A stretch of DNA of 63,738 bases, filler included, from Circinaria calcarea (taxonomy: Eukaryota), in NCBI GenBank assembly GCA_051942165.1. It is 11 parts of 11 records of this genome, joined end to end, with 100 filler letters (N's around TTAATTAATTAA, not from the genome) between each part and the next. Parts side by side here need not be neighbours in the genome. Positions count along the whole stretch, not along the records: positions 34,855 to 40,556 come from JAVECS010001817.1; positions 40,657 to 46,355 come from JAVECS010001818.1; positions 46,456 to 52,154 come from JAVECS010001819.1; positions 52,255 to 57,949 come from JAVECS010001820.1; 7 more parts are not named here. One strand, 5' to 3'. The translations under genes and the position numbers were made by a program. Below the pieces are notes generated by a model that ran no database searches, was not told where the DNA came from, and saw only the letters and a list, made by a program, of their open reading frames with translations. How positions within the stretch are numbered: the first letter of the stretch is position 1; every line of letters starts with the position of its first letter. Shown one piece after another: positions 39,416 to 52,469 of this stretch.

Positions 39416-40556
39416 ATGCCTTCCGATCAGTTCTATGGCGGAACGGGCGTGGATCTCCTCTACTCGAACTCAATGATGACCAACCCGTTTTCTGAGCCAG
39501 ACTGGAATTCGTCAAGCATGGTACGTCTTTCTCTTTTCGGCTACAATGGACCCCGATATCTGGCGGGTACATTGCTACAAGCAGATTAACAATCCATATA
39601 GGCACCACTACCGCAGCTTGACTTCGAAGACCCGTACCCAACCCCGCGGGTCCCCCCACCGATCGAAGTATCCCACCTTCCGGCTCATATGATGAACATC
39701 GCGCGACCAAAGAGCAGTCCCAGTACTTTCGGCCCAAATGTGGAAGACCTGTTGTTCCCCGAGAACCCGTTCCGAACCCGACACTACGACGATTACCCTG
39801 CGTTCACGTTCCCCATGTCACCGGTACCTACGGTAAAGGGTTCAAGCCCTTACTTCGGGGGTGACTATGTACCAGCAACGACCCATTCGTCACCCAACCG
39901 CCATGCACCCATCCCAATCGCTCCAGATCCAGTTGGACTACGACACATGAACGCTCTAAAGCGTAGACGAGACGAGGAAGACTTTGCAGAGTATAGCCAA
40001 AGGAAGAGGAAGCGAGCTCCATCAAACGCCGGTCCGGTGGAGCTGAGCGAGGAAGAGCAATTGCTCCTGAAGCTCAAGGAGGAAGAGAATCTACCGTGGA
40101 AAGACATTGCAACGCGTTTCCAAACCGATCTTGGCAAGTCCTATCAGGTGCCTGCTCTCCAGATGCGCTTCAAGAGGCTGCGTGAGCGTATGCGGACTTG
40201 GACCGAGACTGATGTACGTGCATTTCTACTTTTCCTTCTCCTCCTGGTCAATAAACTCATTTTCTGAGACAGATTCAAGCGCTCGAGCAAGCCTACGAAT
40301 ACTGGGAGAAATTCCAGTTCGACATCATTGCAGCAAAGGTGAGTTCCCATGTGCCTTCAGTCTACCGGACATTGGCCACTGACACCTTCCAGATGCTGGA
40401 CTTCGGTGCCGGAGAAAGATGGCCAGCCAAGTACTGTGCACGGAAGTGGGATGAACTGCATCCAGGGCGACTACCATTCCAATCAGACCCAAATTTCCTA
40501 CAGGACCCGTGGGCCTCCGAACACTGCAGCCCAGTGGAATCACTGAGCCACAGCCC
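39416..40556 (+). CDS. Myb/SANT-like DNA-binding protein (3' partial; introns ~39521-39601, 40214-40272, 40339-40392)
   Basis: NLS 'RKRKR'; 'LSEEEQLLLKLKEEENLPWKDIA..F..LQMRFKRLR'; second repeat 'WTETD.QALEQAYEYWEKF'. Confidence 0.78.
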
Positions 40557-40656
40557 NNNNNNNNNNNNNNNNNNNNNNNNNNNNNNNNNNNNNNNNNNNN
40601 TTAATTAATTAANNNNNNNNNNNNNNNNNNNNNNNNNNNNNNNNNNNNNNNNNNNN

Positions 40657-41379
40657 TCAGATGAAAGAGATGCTGGATATTGTCCAGAACGATGTGTTGA
40701 AAAAGCTCCTCCCATCTGTGCAATATCTCCGTCTGGATGGCGGTGTTGAAGCAAATAAGAGACAAAACATTGTAAACCAATTTAATACCGATCCCAGCTA
40801 CGACGTCCTCCTCCTCACAACCAGTGTCGGTGGATTAGGTTTGAATCTCACAGGTGCAGATACGGTCATTTTTGTAGAACACGATTGGAATCCACAAAAG
40901 GACTTGCAAGCCATGGATCGGGCCCATCGAATCGGTCAGAAAAAGGTTGTGAATGTCTACCGGTTGATTACTCGAGGTACATTGGAGGAGAAGATCTTGA
41001 AGTGAGCCTCCTTCCGTTTCTTCTCTTTCTACTTTACCTTCCGCTAACCATCATCGCCCTTCTTTCCCACAGCCTCCAACGGTTCAAAATCGACGTCGCC
41101 TCCACAGTCGTCAATCAGCAAAACGCCGGCCTCAACACCATGGAAACGGATCAGATCCTCGACCTCTTCAACCTCGGTGAAACGGCCGACGACCTTCCTT
41201 CCGGCAATACCGACAGTAACGGCATCCACGGGCGCGAGGAGGATATGGTGGATGTGAACGGGGAGGTGCGGGAGAAGGGCAAGAAGGGCTGGCTGGATGA
41301 TCTGGGCGAGTTGTGGGATGATCGGCAGTATGAGGAGGAGTATAACCTCGATTCGTTTTTGGCGAGTATGAAGGGATGA
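40657..41379 (+). CDS. MOT1: TBP-associated SNF2 ATPase Mot1/BTAF1, C-terminal part; intron 41002-41072
   Basis: Helicase-C motifs '[46 protein letters not shown]' and the Mot1 tail '[16 protein letters not shown]'. Confidence 0.95.
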
Positions 41380-42183
41380 AGAAGTGGGGGCTGGGGGGGG
41401 GGGAGAGAGACGGAAGGTTACTTTATGCAAGGAACGATTTAAACCAAAGGGGCAGGAAAAGGAGAAGCAAGCAAGCAATTGCGAAGGCACAGCATGAAGC
41501 ATATAGCATAAAGCATGAGCATGGTAGCGAAGGGCGTATTTTCCTCCGATTCCTTTTTTCTCGCATCGAGATCGAGCCGGGGCGCAGGGCGCATGCAGCT
41601 TTTTCTAACGAGATGTATCGCTTGCTCGCGGAACCAAATAGTATAGTTGCCACACAAAGTTGCATATATATACTGCGCCTTGTTGCATGCAGCAGCAGCA
41701 GTAGCGTAAGCGGACTCGCAGAATATCAGAATTAGAAAATCTTTTGTTTTGGAGCAAATCATGTACTGTACATGGCGCAGCAGAGTAGCATAACTTCGGT
41801 AGGGATGGTAATGGCCGAATGACTAGCTAGTAAAGTACCTTAGCTGAAAGCCCGGGCGTAGGGAGTCTGGTGTAAAACCCTTAGTGCTGTCGGCTAACCT
41901 GATCAGACTTATTACCATACGGCAATGGGCGAGTCACGTGCGCCCAATAGCTCGGTGCATCGTCTGGCTTCTTCCTCCGTGTCTGGTGGTAGCCAAAGGC
42001 AGTGTGGAGCCAAAACTGGCTTGCTCAGCCTTGTGACATGATCATTAAGCCTTGCTCCGTGATGCTCCTGTGCGCCTCGATCAAAGCAGCCATGCTCCCT
42101 TTCGAGGACAGGAAATAGATCTTGCTAAAATCGATATCGGGAGTAATGTGATATAAATACAGAGGCTCTGTGTATAGGTTCCA

Positions 42184-42225
42184 CAGGCAAGGTCTCAGGC
42201 AAGGCCTCAGGCAAGACCTCAGGCA
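42184..42225. repeat. 12-bp tandem repeat (CAGGCAAGGxCT) x3.5
   Basis: caggcaaggtct-caggcaaggcct-caggcaagacct-caggca, just after a TATAAA box upstream of the 42563 gene. Confidence 0.7.
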
Positions 42226-42562
42226 TGATATATGGCGTATACTCTAACTAAGTTCCAGTGGGCTGGAAGCAGTCCTTACGCTCAAACCAATTGCAGAAGA
42301 TAATGACTTTGTATGTCTATTCTGCCTTGGGTGCCAAAGCATTGCGCGCAAACCAGTTGCAATCAACATCGGGAGATGATGACGACGCTGCCGCGTCAAT
42401 CATAGCAGAAGGGTGCCCAGTTTTGCTCAAGTGCTCAAGTGCTCAGCGAGGCTGAGGATATACCTTCATATTTTGCTAACTGGACCACCTATATTTGTGC
42501 TGCCATGGCGCCGTACCATATAAATTGTTGCCCTCAGCAAAGTCTGAGAATCAAAAGCCACC

Positions 42563-44906
42563 ATGACCGCTTCTGGTACTCAATCAGTCACGAAGGATGG
42601 AATCTATCTTGGGTTTTTGATCAACTGGTCTTACGGATCGATCCGCGGCGCCACTCTCACCCTCACAAATCGCAATGGCGGCCTTCTCACAGCTTTCTTA
42701 GCCCTTTTTGTTACTGTCGCTGGCACAAGCTTCTGGAGGATTGCTTGTTTCGCTCTGCATCATCTCTTATCTTCAGAAGTCGCGAGGGACGGCATTTATC
42801 ACCAGTGTCAGGCCATTTTACGAAATGCTGCCAATGGCACGTCTGGGCTATGGAGTCTGCTCCGAATGAACTGGGTCTGGCGGAAATGTACCAAAGCCCA
42901 GCCATATCAGCGCCTTCTGCCATTGATTGTGTTCACATTCACTACTCTCGTTGCTATTGCTCTTGCAGGTATCTTTTCCTCACGAGTCTCGACATCGATG
43001 GGGAACGAGGTGCTCTTGTTGGGCCCAAACTGCGGCATTGTAGTGTTGGGTGACATTGACACAGAGAGTTATTCCAGCAACTTTGTCCCTTATGCTGTCC
43101 AGCGCACACTATTTAGCGCGAGCTACGCCCAAGAGTGCTACAAAAATAGTACAACAATTCAGAACTGCCCTACCTTTCTCCAGAAGAGTTTACCATGGAC
43201 AAGTGATCACAGTGCGGAGTGTCCCTTCCCAGGAGGAGAAAAGATTTGTCTTAGCAATTCTACAAACCTTCGGCTGGATACAGGTTACATCAATAGCAAT
43301 TTTGACCTTGGCATTAATTCTCCTCACGAAGATCGGTTTCTCTATCGACGTGTGACCGAGTGTGCTCCCTTGAACATCAAGGATTATTCAAGGCAGGAGA
43401 CCTACCAAAAATCAGAAAATACCGATACGAGACAGGTTATAAGGTTCTACTATGCAGAGGGGTCTGCTGGTGCTAGGCAAATGGTTTACCAATACTCCGC
43501 TGATTCACACGATGGATATACTTACTTCAACGGGCTCAACAAGAGTGCTTTTTCAGATTATACCATACAGTAAGTGAGGTACTCTGGCAAAGCTGCAAAA
43601 GATAATGGCTAACCATCCAATTTATAGCGTTCAGTCCGCAGATATCGGCGTTGATGGCTCAGTGAGGATGGCTGAAAGCTCGTTCAATCCTATTCCAGAA
43701 TTACGACATCCCACAGCTGATGTCACCCTTGTTTTTCTGTCCGCAAACGATGTCGCCTTCACGAAGCCAATTAACGACAGCTGGTACTCAGCACATCTGC
43801 ATCACACGATCGAGTTGCAATCTTTCCAAAAGAAACCCGCAAACCTAACTCTCTACTACCATGATGACCCTGTCCGTGTTCTTGGGTGTACCTCACAGTA
43901 CCAGTTTTGCAACCCTGTGCTTGAACCGCAGATCAGCTGCACACCTCTTGATGGAATTTGGGCAGTGCAAGGACTGGCTGAAGCTCTCTGGCAAACGGAC
44001 AGAAGCAAAGCATTATTCAGATGGTCTAGTAAGGCAATTTTAGAAAACGGGATCGGTCTGCCAGAAGTCATAGGTATGCTTGGGGTATCATCCCTCACAT
44101 CTCGCTACAAACTGGCACTAGGTTTGCAGGGTCCCCTGCCAGATAACCAGTGGAAATTGGAGGTGATACACTGGTTTACAGTAACGTTAGCCGACCTTCA
44201 GAGAATAGTAGTAGATATTGCAACTGGACCAGTCGGTGGAACTATCAATCAATGGCTGAAGCGACCCCAAACCCCCGAAGAACATCTGCTCTGCCGCAGT
44301 CAGGTCGGCAATTCTCCCTCTCTCAAATTTAACGCTGTACTGATTCCTGTGATTCCGCAGAAAATCCGGAATGACGCTTTCACCTCTTTTAGCACCTTCG
44401 GTCTAATCCTTATACTTGGGATCGGATGTCTCCTCATTGTCGTGGCTTACACACTAGAAGTCATTGTTGAATGGTTTCAAAAGCGCAGGAACATCGGCGT
44501 CTACAAGTGCCTCGAGTGGACGACGAACGAGACCCTACAGCTGCAGAGGCTGGCCCATGAAGAGCTCGGTTTCGGAAACTGGAGCAGAACCGCAGAAGAT
44601 CATCCTGTCACCGCGGCTTGCGAAGAGTTGGCCGTCCTCGATATCTCGGAGCCACAACACCCGAGACTGAAAAGCTCCGCAGTTAAGTCTGAGACTGTCT
44701 CGGACCATGGAGGTAAACGCACAAGCGGCACGGTAGAGATCACCGAACAAACTGCATCTCAGGCAGGCTCGAACGATGCTGCATCCATTTCAATCTCTGC
44801 TTCGACCCATCAGGACTTGACGCCGCCTACGGGTGATGCTCGGGATGTCAGCCAGGCGGCTAGGAGCTCGGTCAATGCTGGCTTACAACGCCATTCCACG
44901 TGTTAG
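42563..44906 (+). CDS. Conserved hypothetical multi-pass membrane glycoprotein; introns ~43571-43628 and ~44302-44360
   Basis: N-terminal TM segments, a Cys-containing luminal domain with many N-x-S/T sites, a C-terminal TM and 'LQLQRLAHEELGFG.W'. Confidence 0.75.
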
Positions 44907-45028
44907 AGGGCACTACGTGTCATGTATATAAAAGAACGGATAGGATGGAAGTGGAAATAACTGCTATAACGGGCAGTATTTAGTACCGAGTAAACGACCT
45001 TTAATTACGAACGGATTTTCTTCAATAA

Positions 45029-45213
45029 TGTAAGGGCGCTGCAATCCTTGGGGCCTATTGAGGAATATGATAAGTCCCGATTGGTAATAGCACGGTTATA
45101 TAGGGCGTAGTTGAACTGTTACCCTAGGCTCAATATATAAAGAATATATTGAACTCGTTATGGTTCTATAAACATGCTATTCTAATGAGCGCCGAATAGC
45201 CTATCTATATACA
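45029..45213 (+). mobile_element. Probable solo LTR (TG...CA), copy 1
   Basis: Begins TGTAAGGG and ends TATACA. Its first ~65 nt are the reverse complement of 57221-57286 on another contig. Confidence 0.7.
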
Positions 45214-45807
45214 ATGGTTGCTCCCTATGCTCCCGTTGCTTTCTTCTTACCCGTCGTAAGTAACGCACGAGCTCCCTATACTCCCTATGGTTACACAGAG
45301 CGTCTTCGTGAGCAACCCGGAGCTCGGTCCCTATCGTCCTGAGACCTTGCCCTGTTTTATCCTTAATGCATGCTATGGTGCTGGCGCCATAATAAGCGGC
45401 TAAACATTTTAATAAAAGTTATAATTTTCGTTATATTTAAAGAATTATACAATTATTATATATTATTTACCTTACACGCTTATATTTATAATCTCCAAAA
45501 TAATAAAATATTTTTTTTTCTTATTAACGTGTTACGTTCTTAAGCTTCTTAAACAAAGGCAATATTAATTACTGGTATAAAATAAGGGCTTTATAATATG
45601 CACGAGGATTTTATACCAATTACTTGGCAAGTAAAAAGCAACAATAGAAATATATTATTATATTTGTAAAATCTTAACCACATAAGTTAAATACTATAGA
45701 AAGAACCGTTCTTATATACCCTTCTCATAATAGAGGTTGTAATAGTGATCCCTAGAATCTGTTATAACTATAACATACGAGTGCAACACCGTGGTGATAA
45801 GGTGACG

Positions 45808-46355
45808 GATTAGGTCTAGCGTGGTTTAGCGTTAGCGAGCCTTGGCGGGTTGCTTATATTCGCGTGTTCCAGACACCTTCAATCCTTATATTATTTTAAA
45901 TTTATAAAACTCACAAATTACTTTAATTTTAAATTTGTTATTTTTGTGAATTGGTTTCACCCTAACAGAATCCCACTACTTCATAGCTAGATTAACCGAA
46001 TTATTTGAATTATTAGTACTCCCATTAATTCCATACGTTACATAAGGAATCACTCGGATTATTTTTTTAATTACTCTTAATACGTGTAGTACTAGTCACG
46101 GCGGGTAACGCCATTACAAAAATATATTAACAGATTATATATAATTATCATTACGCTAATCTTATTCCAGCTCCGCCCCCTGCGGGTTCTACTTTTATAA
46201 TTTAGCCTTCTTTCAACTAAAATAATAAATTTAAAACCAAAACAATTTGTGGATTTTATAAATTTAAAATAATATAAAAATTGAAAATATTTGGAACACG
46301 CGAATATAAATAATTTATTAAAACTCGTTAACGCTAAACCACGCTAGATTTAATC
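45808..46355. mobile_element. Non-autonomous TIR/foldback element with ~140-bp inverted arms, RIP-mutated
   Basis: 45808-~45945 is an inverted repeat of ~46218-46355, differing almost only by C>T/G>A changes. Confidence 0.75.
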
Positions 46356-47350
46356 NNNNNNNNNNNNNNNNNNNNNNNNNNNNNNNNNNNNNNNNNNNNT
46401 TAATTAATTAANNNNNNNNNNNNNNNNNNNNNNNNNNNNNNNNNNNNNNNNNNNNCGAACTCGGAACCGGTTCCAACTCTCCGAAGGAAACGGAGAGTGA
46501 GTTTCCCAAGCATGGGAAAGAAGTGTGGCCAAGATGTAAGGGACCAGCCTACCGTCTCTTTGGGAAGAAAGCGCATGAGCATGGTAAAGGTAGATGGCCT
46601 TAATACGATGCCGAACCAGAACTGTCTATCGCTCCAAGCTACGTTACAAACCCCTATCCTCCTGAAAGTGCCGCAACGTCAGCCTAGGAAAAAGTCATGG
46701 AAAGGGATTCCTGGATCTGGGTTTCCCTACCCGGGGTATATAAGGGATATTTGAGCCCGTGGTGAAGAGAATAAGATTGGCATAGAACGCATGCGAGTTA
46801 CTCGTATCTGTTGAACGTTTATATGGTACATGGACACAAAACCTTTCGATGTGCGGATGTGTGCCGAATGTGCCTTTCAGCCTATTCGAGTCTAATCCAA
46901 TAACGTCACAGAAAGTGGGGGATAATTGAAGGCCGCTTACCATGGGGCACATTATTATGTAGGACTAAGTTCTGTACACAAGGTAAGATTGTATGACCCT
47001 TAGCTGAGATCGTCTTCGCTAAACGCTTCCCTATCTTTAAGGCCTTCTGAAACCATATGCAGTAATATCTACCATCGCCTACTCTACCTTGGCGGCTTTC
47101 CTTCCTACAACGATCTGAAGTAGCGCTTTCGTTGCCGATCCTTGCTTGACCTTTTCCGCAATCAGGGCCCCTTTCCGACATGACAAGGCTGAGGCTATAT
47201 CCTCATGAGGAACACATTTCGATCGGAATAAAGATCCCTGTCTACTGCTTTAGTGTAGGTAGCCTGTAAGAGAATAGGCTACGTCTTTTGCCTGGTAGGT
47301 CGATTCGTTGGGGATCTTTGGAGTGAGCCGTAGGTGGTGAAGGGTGGAAG

Positions 47351-47555
47351 TGGGAAATAATCCATAGCTCGGCGCTAAAGGCACTAAAATCCTTACTCAG
47401 ATCATTAAATTTTTCAGGTATTTTAATCCCATCTCCTATTCTGATTTGTGCAAATGGCATGCATACGAGACACTAGAAGTAAATAACAAAGCTTTTCTGG
47501 AGCTTAACTAAATTAAGTATTGATCTACTAGCGCCGAGCTATGAATTATTTCCCA
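47351..47555. mobile_element. MITE-like element with 27-bp terminal inverted repeats
   Basis: TGGGAAATAATCCATAGCTCGGCGCTA (47351-47377) versus the reverse complement of 47529-47555 has 1 mismatch; the interior is AT-rich and non-coding. Confidence 0.6.
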
Positions 47556-49168
47556 TCCGACCACAGTATAAGGCTGGTAACTTGACACACCCTATATCTA
47601 ATAACTTTGACCAGTCGGAGGCCTCCATTCCATAACGCTGGCAGAAGCCTTGCCGGATCAGTTAAGTCCCTGTACTCTATGTGATCCAAAAGCCTTAGAC
47701 GTTCAGGCTAGATGGCCGGAATGGGACATAAGTATAACATAAGCGGCCGATTGGCCCGGCTGGTTAATCATTACCTACTGTGTATATGAAGGGGGCTGTT
47801 TAAATGCTAGGCAAAGGGACAGTTCTCCTTCTTTCATTGGTAGAACTCATGCATGTGTGCCTCGTCGGACTTTTTAGGAAAATTCGCCAAGGTGGCTCCC
47901 GCCGCCAAGCAATGTTCTACCTAGCGCGAGAAAGCCGAGAAGGAAGACTTCGCCCCCAACCACACACCTATGGTGTCCTCACCGTCCAACCAACCAACTA
48001 ACTAACCAGTAACCACCCTTTTCTCCACCACTTCTATCCTTCCTCCGAGCACCGCCACGCCGCAGTTTCGAACACCAACCCCTCGCACCTTACTGCCCCT
48101 CCGAATGGAAGAGAAGAGGTGGCGATTTTTCCAGCTACATGTGGCTAATACGGCGTTGTACGACGAGGATCTTCTATGGGGGTTGATAGATTCTGTCTAG
48201 GGTACGTATCTGAAGCCTGAGACCTATCGGACGTGAGCTGGTGCATGTGCAAATGCGTCTGCATGAAGTACCGTTTTCTGTGCCTTACGCCCTGCGTGCA
48301 ACAGTGCAAGCTGCTGCGCCAGGGAAAGGGGTCTCGATGGAGGCGCGCCAGTGGTTTGGTGGACCGTTGAAGGCGGGAGTAACTTGATGAGTAGTGTCTG
48401 CTTTAACCATTTCGCTTCTCGGTATTATCGTCTGCCATGGGTTTTGACAATCAAAGATCTATTGATACCTAGGTATACTTCAATAATTACAGGTAGGACA
48501 TTATAATGGAAGAAACTTGCTTTTAGGTTTTATGCGACGCACAATCTGCACATTCCTCTCAGCCTGAGGAGGGTTGATAGTCCTTTGCCACAGTAATGCA
48601 TGGTGCCAACCTCTTGAAGACGACTGTTGGTTCCCTCCTTCGTCAGTGCGAGGCGGAATTCTTCTCGTGCTGGATTCTACTAACTCTATTGGCAAATCTT
48701 CCGAAGTGCCAACGGAGTAGAACTACCAGTTAGCAGATAAGTGGCAATATCATGTATTTCATATCATGTTGTGTTACCCAATCTTTCGTATGATGGGTTC
48801 AACGACGTCCATGTCTGGTACACAAGGTTCCAATGCCTTGTGCTGTTTCCTCTGCTTCTCGTGTTTTAGGTCTTTTCGAATTCTCCGGCTCGGAGCTTTC
48901 GCTCTTTGCAGTGTATGGCTCCGGAGAGATACTAAGATGTCGACGTCTTGAGTCGGCCTTAAGGATACACCTGCTGTGCCTTAAGGCGTCAAAAAAGGGA
49001 GATTCGTTGCCATGCTCTTCTCCTCTCCCTCCTCCTTTTCCAACACCGTTGACTTTGAAAGCGACCGCTACAAGCCCATACATGTCAATCTGCAGTATTC
49101 CCCGACAATTGTCGTTTCCATTAGGTAAAGACTTAACATCTGTCAAGTAATATATCTCCATCACCGCA

Positions 49169-51856
49169 ATGGCCGATCCACTCTCTATTACCGCCAGTAT
49201 CGTCGCAGTCATTGGAGCTGCTAGGGTCATTACCAAAACCCTAGGGAAGATAAAAAATCTTCGCAACGCACCTAATGAGCTTCTAGCTCTATTCAACGAG
49301 GTTTCCGATCTTCGAATCATCCTAGAAGATCTACAGCACTACATCCTTCAGAATATAGAAAGACCACAGATACTTCAAGAGGAGCTACAGCACATATCTA
49401 TCTTGGTCGATAGAGCAAAAGATAAACTCCTTGAACTTGACGAGTTTATTCAGTATCGACTCGTTAAACCAGAATCGATCTCCGATCAAATCAAGGTATC
49501 CAAGCGGAAATGGGCCAGAGCAAAGGACTCAATCGAGAGATTTCGACAGAGCCTTCGTGATATTAGGCTTAACATATCAACTCACATGATAGTAGTAAAC
49601 TCGTATGTGTGCATAGACGACAACGTTGGAGAAAAGGTAGCTAACTGTTTACAGCTCCCATCAAACCCGCATTGGCTTGACAATCGATGAAATTCATGTC
49701 ATCTCTGGCCAATTACGATCGAACCACCACCTTTCCAGCGATCATACTTCCCAGCAGCTTGATCAGCATTCCAGGCTCCTTGCCAGTATTTCAAGCAGCC
49801 AGTCCACTTTACAAGGTCTGCTACAGCTTCAGTCTTCAGCCACTACGCAAGCTCATCACCCAACCAATGTTGGCGACAGCTCTCCCAGCTCGATTATTCG
49901 CATCCGAGCCTACAGTTCTCAACGATCACCCTGCACTTCATATTGCACGTGCGCCTGTCACAAAGTGCGGACTTTTCAATCACCAGGCTTACTGCATAAA
50001 GCCATAGGAACTCTGTTCCTCGGTTACTGTGGATACCCCATGATGGGGCTCCAAAATTGTACAGATACCGACTGTCTGTCTCAGTCGAGTTTTAGAACAT
50101 ATGTTCAATATCTTTTCCCTTCCTGGCTTCTGACAAAGGCTCTTATAATAACACTCGCGAGCGGCTCTCTAGATAAAATCAGTGTATCTTTGACTGTCAG
50201 AAGAATTGTCTCGCCTGGGGCAGAAGTCTTCCGCTTAGCCCTTAGTGATGACGTGGACGGCTTGAAGCGTCTGTTCAGTAAAGGTTTGGCTTCGCCAAAT
50301 GACTCTCTGAGAAATGGAGCGACGGCTCTATATGTATGTAGTATTTCACATTTACTCACTCATTACATAAAATGGAAAGCCTCCGAGAAGATATGATCTC
50401 CTTAAAATTGTGATTAAATTTGATAAACAAGTGAACTACCTAGTAATACTCAATTATCCAGGTGGCCATTTCTATTTGTAACCTCAAAGCCTGTAAATTC
50501 CTGTTGGAGGCTGGAGCAAATCCTCATCTCGAAATTTTGACTGGTGGAAGGTCAGTTAATCAATCCTGGATTTAAGGTTATTCCAAGCTAAATTCCCATT
50601 TTAGATCTGCTTTCGATTATACCTGGGACATCATCTTTGCAGCGTCCAAAGATCAAGCAGTGTTAAAATCGCTAAAAAGTCTTTTCCCTAGTGAGGATAA
50701 TGATTTAGAAGAACGTCAATTCTCTTCGCTTCATAAAATTGTCCTTAACATAACGTCACGTAGTCTGGAAGAAGGACTGGCCATTTGCGCATCAGACATC
50801 GACCGAATCGATTCTAAAGGCAATACTGCTCTTACATGGGCTGCTCGGAGAGGCGATTGTATAGCTGTTGATCTCCTTCTCAAAGCTAATGCTGATCCAA
50901 ACCTGGTAAATCGCCTGAATATGTCGCCGTTCCTATATGCAGCACAAAGATCAGACCCTATATGTGCAAAACTTCTTCTGAAGGCGGGCGCTGATCCTAA
51001 TCAGGTAGACTCTCAAAAGTATAATGCATTGCATTATGCGGCGGGGTATCAAAATAGCAGGAAGATGATTGAATACCTGGTAGAAGCTGGGGTTGATGTG
51101 AATAAGCGAAATAATTCCAGTGGAACTCCTCTTAGCCAGGCCGTAATTCAAGATTACACTATCTCAGCAAAAGCTTTGCTGGATTATGGAGCTGATCTAA
51201 ACACTTTGGATTTCGAACGCGATACCCCATTGACCGACTCTATACGCAATAACGCAGATAACATGACCGAGTTACTTCTACACCGTGGGGCTGCTTATAT
51301 CTCGAGTGATGTTTATGGAGACACAATCCTGCACCTCGGGGCCCTTTGTGGCGGTTCAAAAACACTCAGCATCTTGCAAGCTGCAGAGCTCAAGGGAGTT
51401 AATCCGGACGCCACTAACAACAAAGGACAGACAGCAATCCAGATAGCTCGGGAACGGGAGGGAAAACCACATGGGCTCATTCCACAATTCCAGGACCTCC
51501 TTGGTGGTATCCGAGCCCGAAATGCGAGCTCGGAAGCTTCCAGTGAACAAAGCAGTGATCCGGTCTCTCCAGACTCAACATCAAACAGTCAAGCATATCT
51601 CTTACTTCCGGCAAAGTGGGTTCGGCAGCTATGGGTAGGATCAATCAATCGGAGAAGCGGCCCCCACTTGCCTTCTCGCCTCTCCACCACGATCCCACAC
51701 CAATGGACAGCATGGGGACTGAGGGTCTTCTGGACTCACTGGGTTCTCAGTCTCTGCGGCGCGGGACTTCTGTACCTGTTCCTGAACTTTGGGGTTCTGA
51801 GGAGGCTGCGCACGGTGTGGGACATGCTCGGGCCTGGAGGGTTTGAGGAGGTCTGA
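49169..51856 (+). CDS. HeLo-like N-terminal domain + CxxxCxCxCH region + ankyrin-repeat protein; introns ~49603-49654, ~50334-50461, ~50551-50603
   Basis: MADPLSITASIVAV...NAPNELLALFNEVSDL; CTSYCTCACH; ankyrin repeats GNTALTWAA, NALHYAA, GTPLSQA, DTPL, GDTILH and GQTA. Confidence 0.85.
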
Positions 51857-52469
51857 GGAGTCCTTTGAGGATGGAAAGTGTTGCGAGGAGACTGGAAGGG
51901 GCAAATTGGAAAAGGAGTACGGGTGACTTTGGGGAATGGGGCTAGGACGGGGAGAGATAGGGGCATGGATTGATAATGCGGGTTATGAGGAGTTTTGGTT
52001 ATCTTTGCGTTTTAGTTTAGACCTGGATTCCTCCTGATTTCTTACAATGGACTCCTGAGATGTTAGTGTTTACTCCCAGACACCCCCCTGATATGCTACG
52101 CCCATGCCCCCTGTAAACATGTAGTACTTACTCCCGCACACCACATCAGTATCGNNNNNNNNNNNNNNNNNNNNNNNNNNNNNNNNNNNNNNNNNNNNTT
52201 AATTAATTAANNNNNNNNNNNNNNNNNNNNNNNNNNNNNNNNNNNNNNNNNNNNAAAATAATATTAATATTTTATAATAATATATCTCAGGCAAAAATAA
52301 TATCAGTAGGAATATAATTTATAAACGAGGTGATATCATGGCAGTGCATTTGGAATATAAAATGTGATAGAAATATAATATTCTATCCTGCTAGCTAATC
52401 GGGCGTTATATTTATTTATCTCCCCTCCGTTCCTTTCTCTGATAGTTGAGTATTAATTAGATAGGAATA

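Noticed and set aside
46456..47300. Short ORFs at the start of contig 9
   Set aside because: No identifiable homology by eye.
48799..49320. Antisense ORFs overlapping real genes (also 12495-12992, 32558-32986, 55304-55729, 59109-59627, 63136-63540)
   Set aside because: Shadow frames of well-supported genes on the opposite strand.
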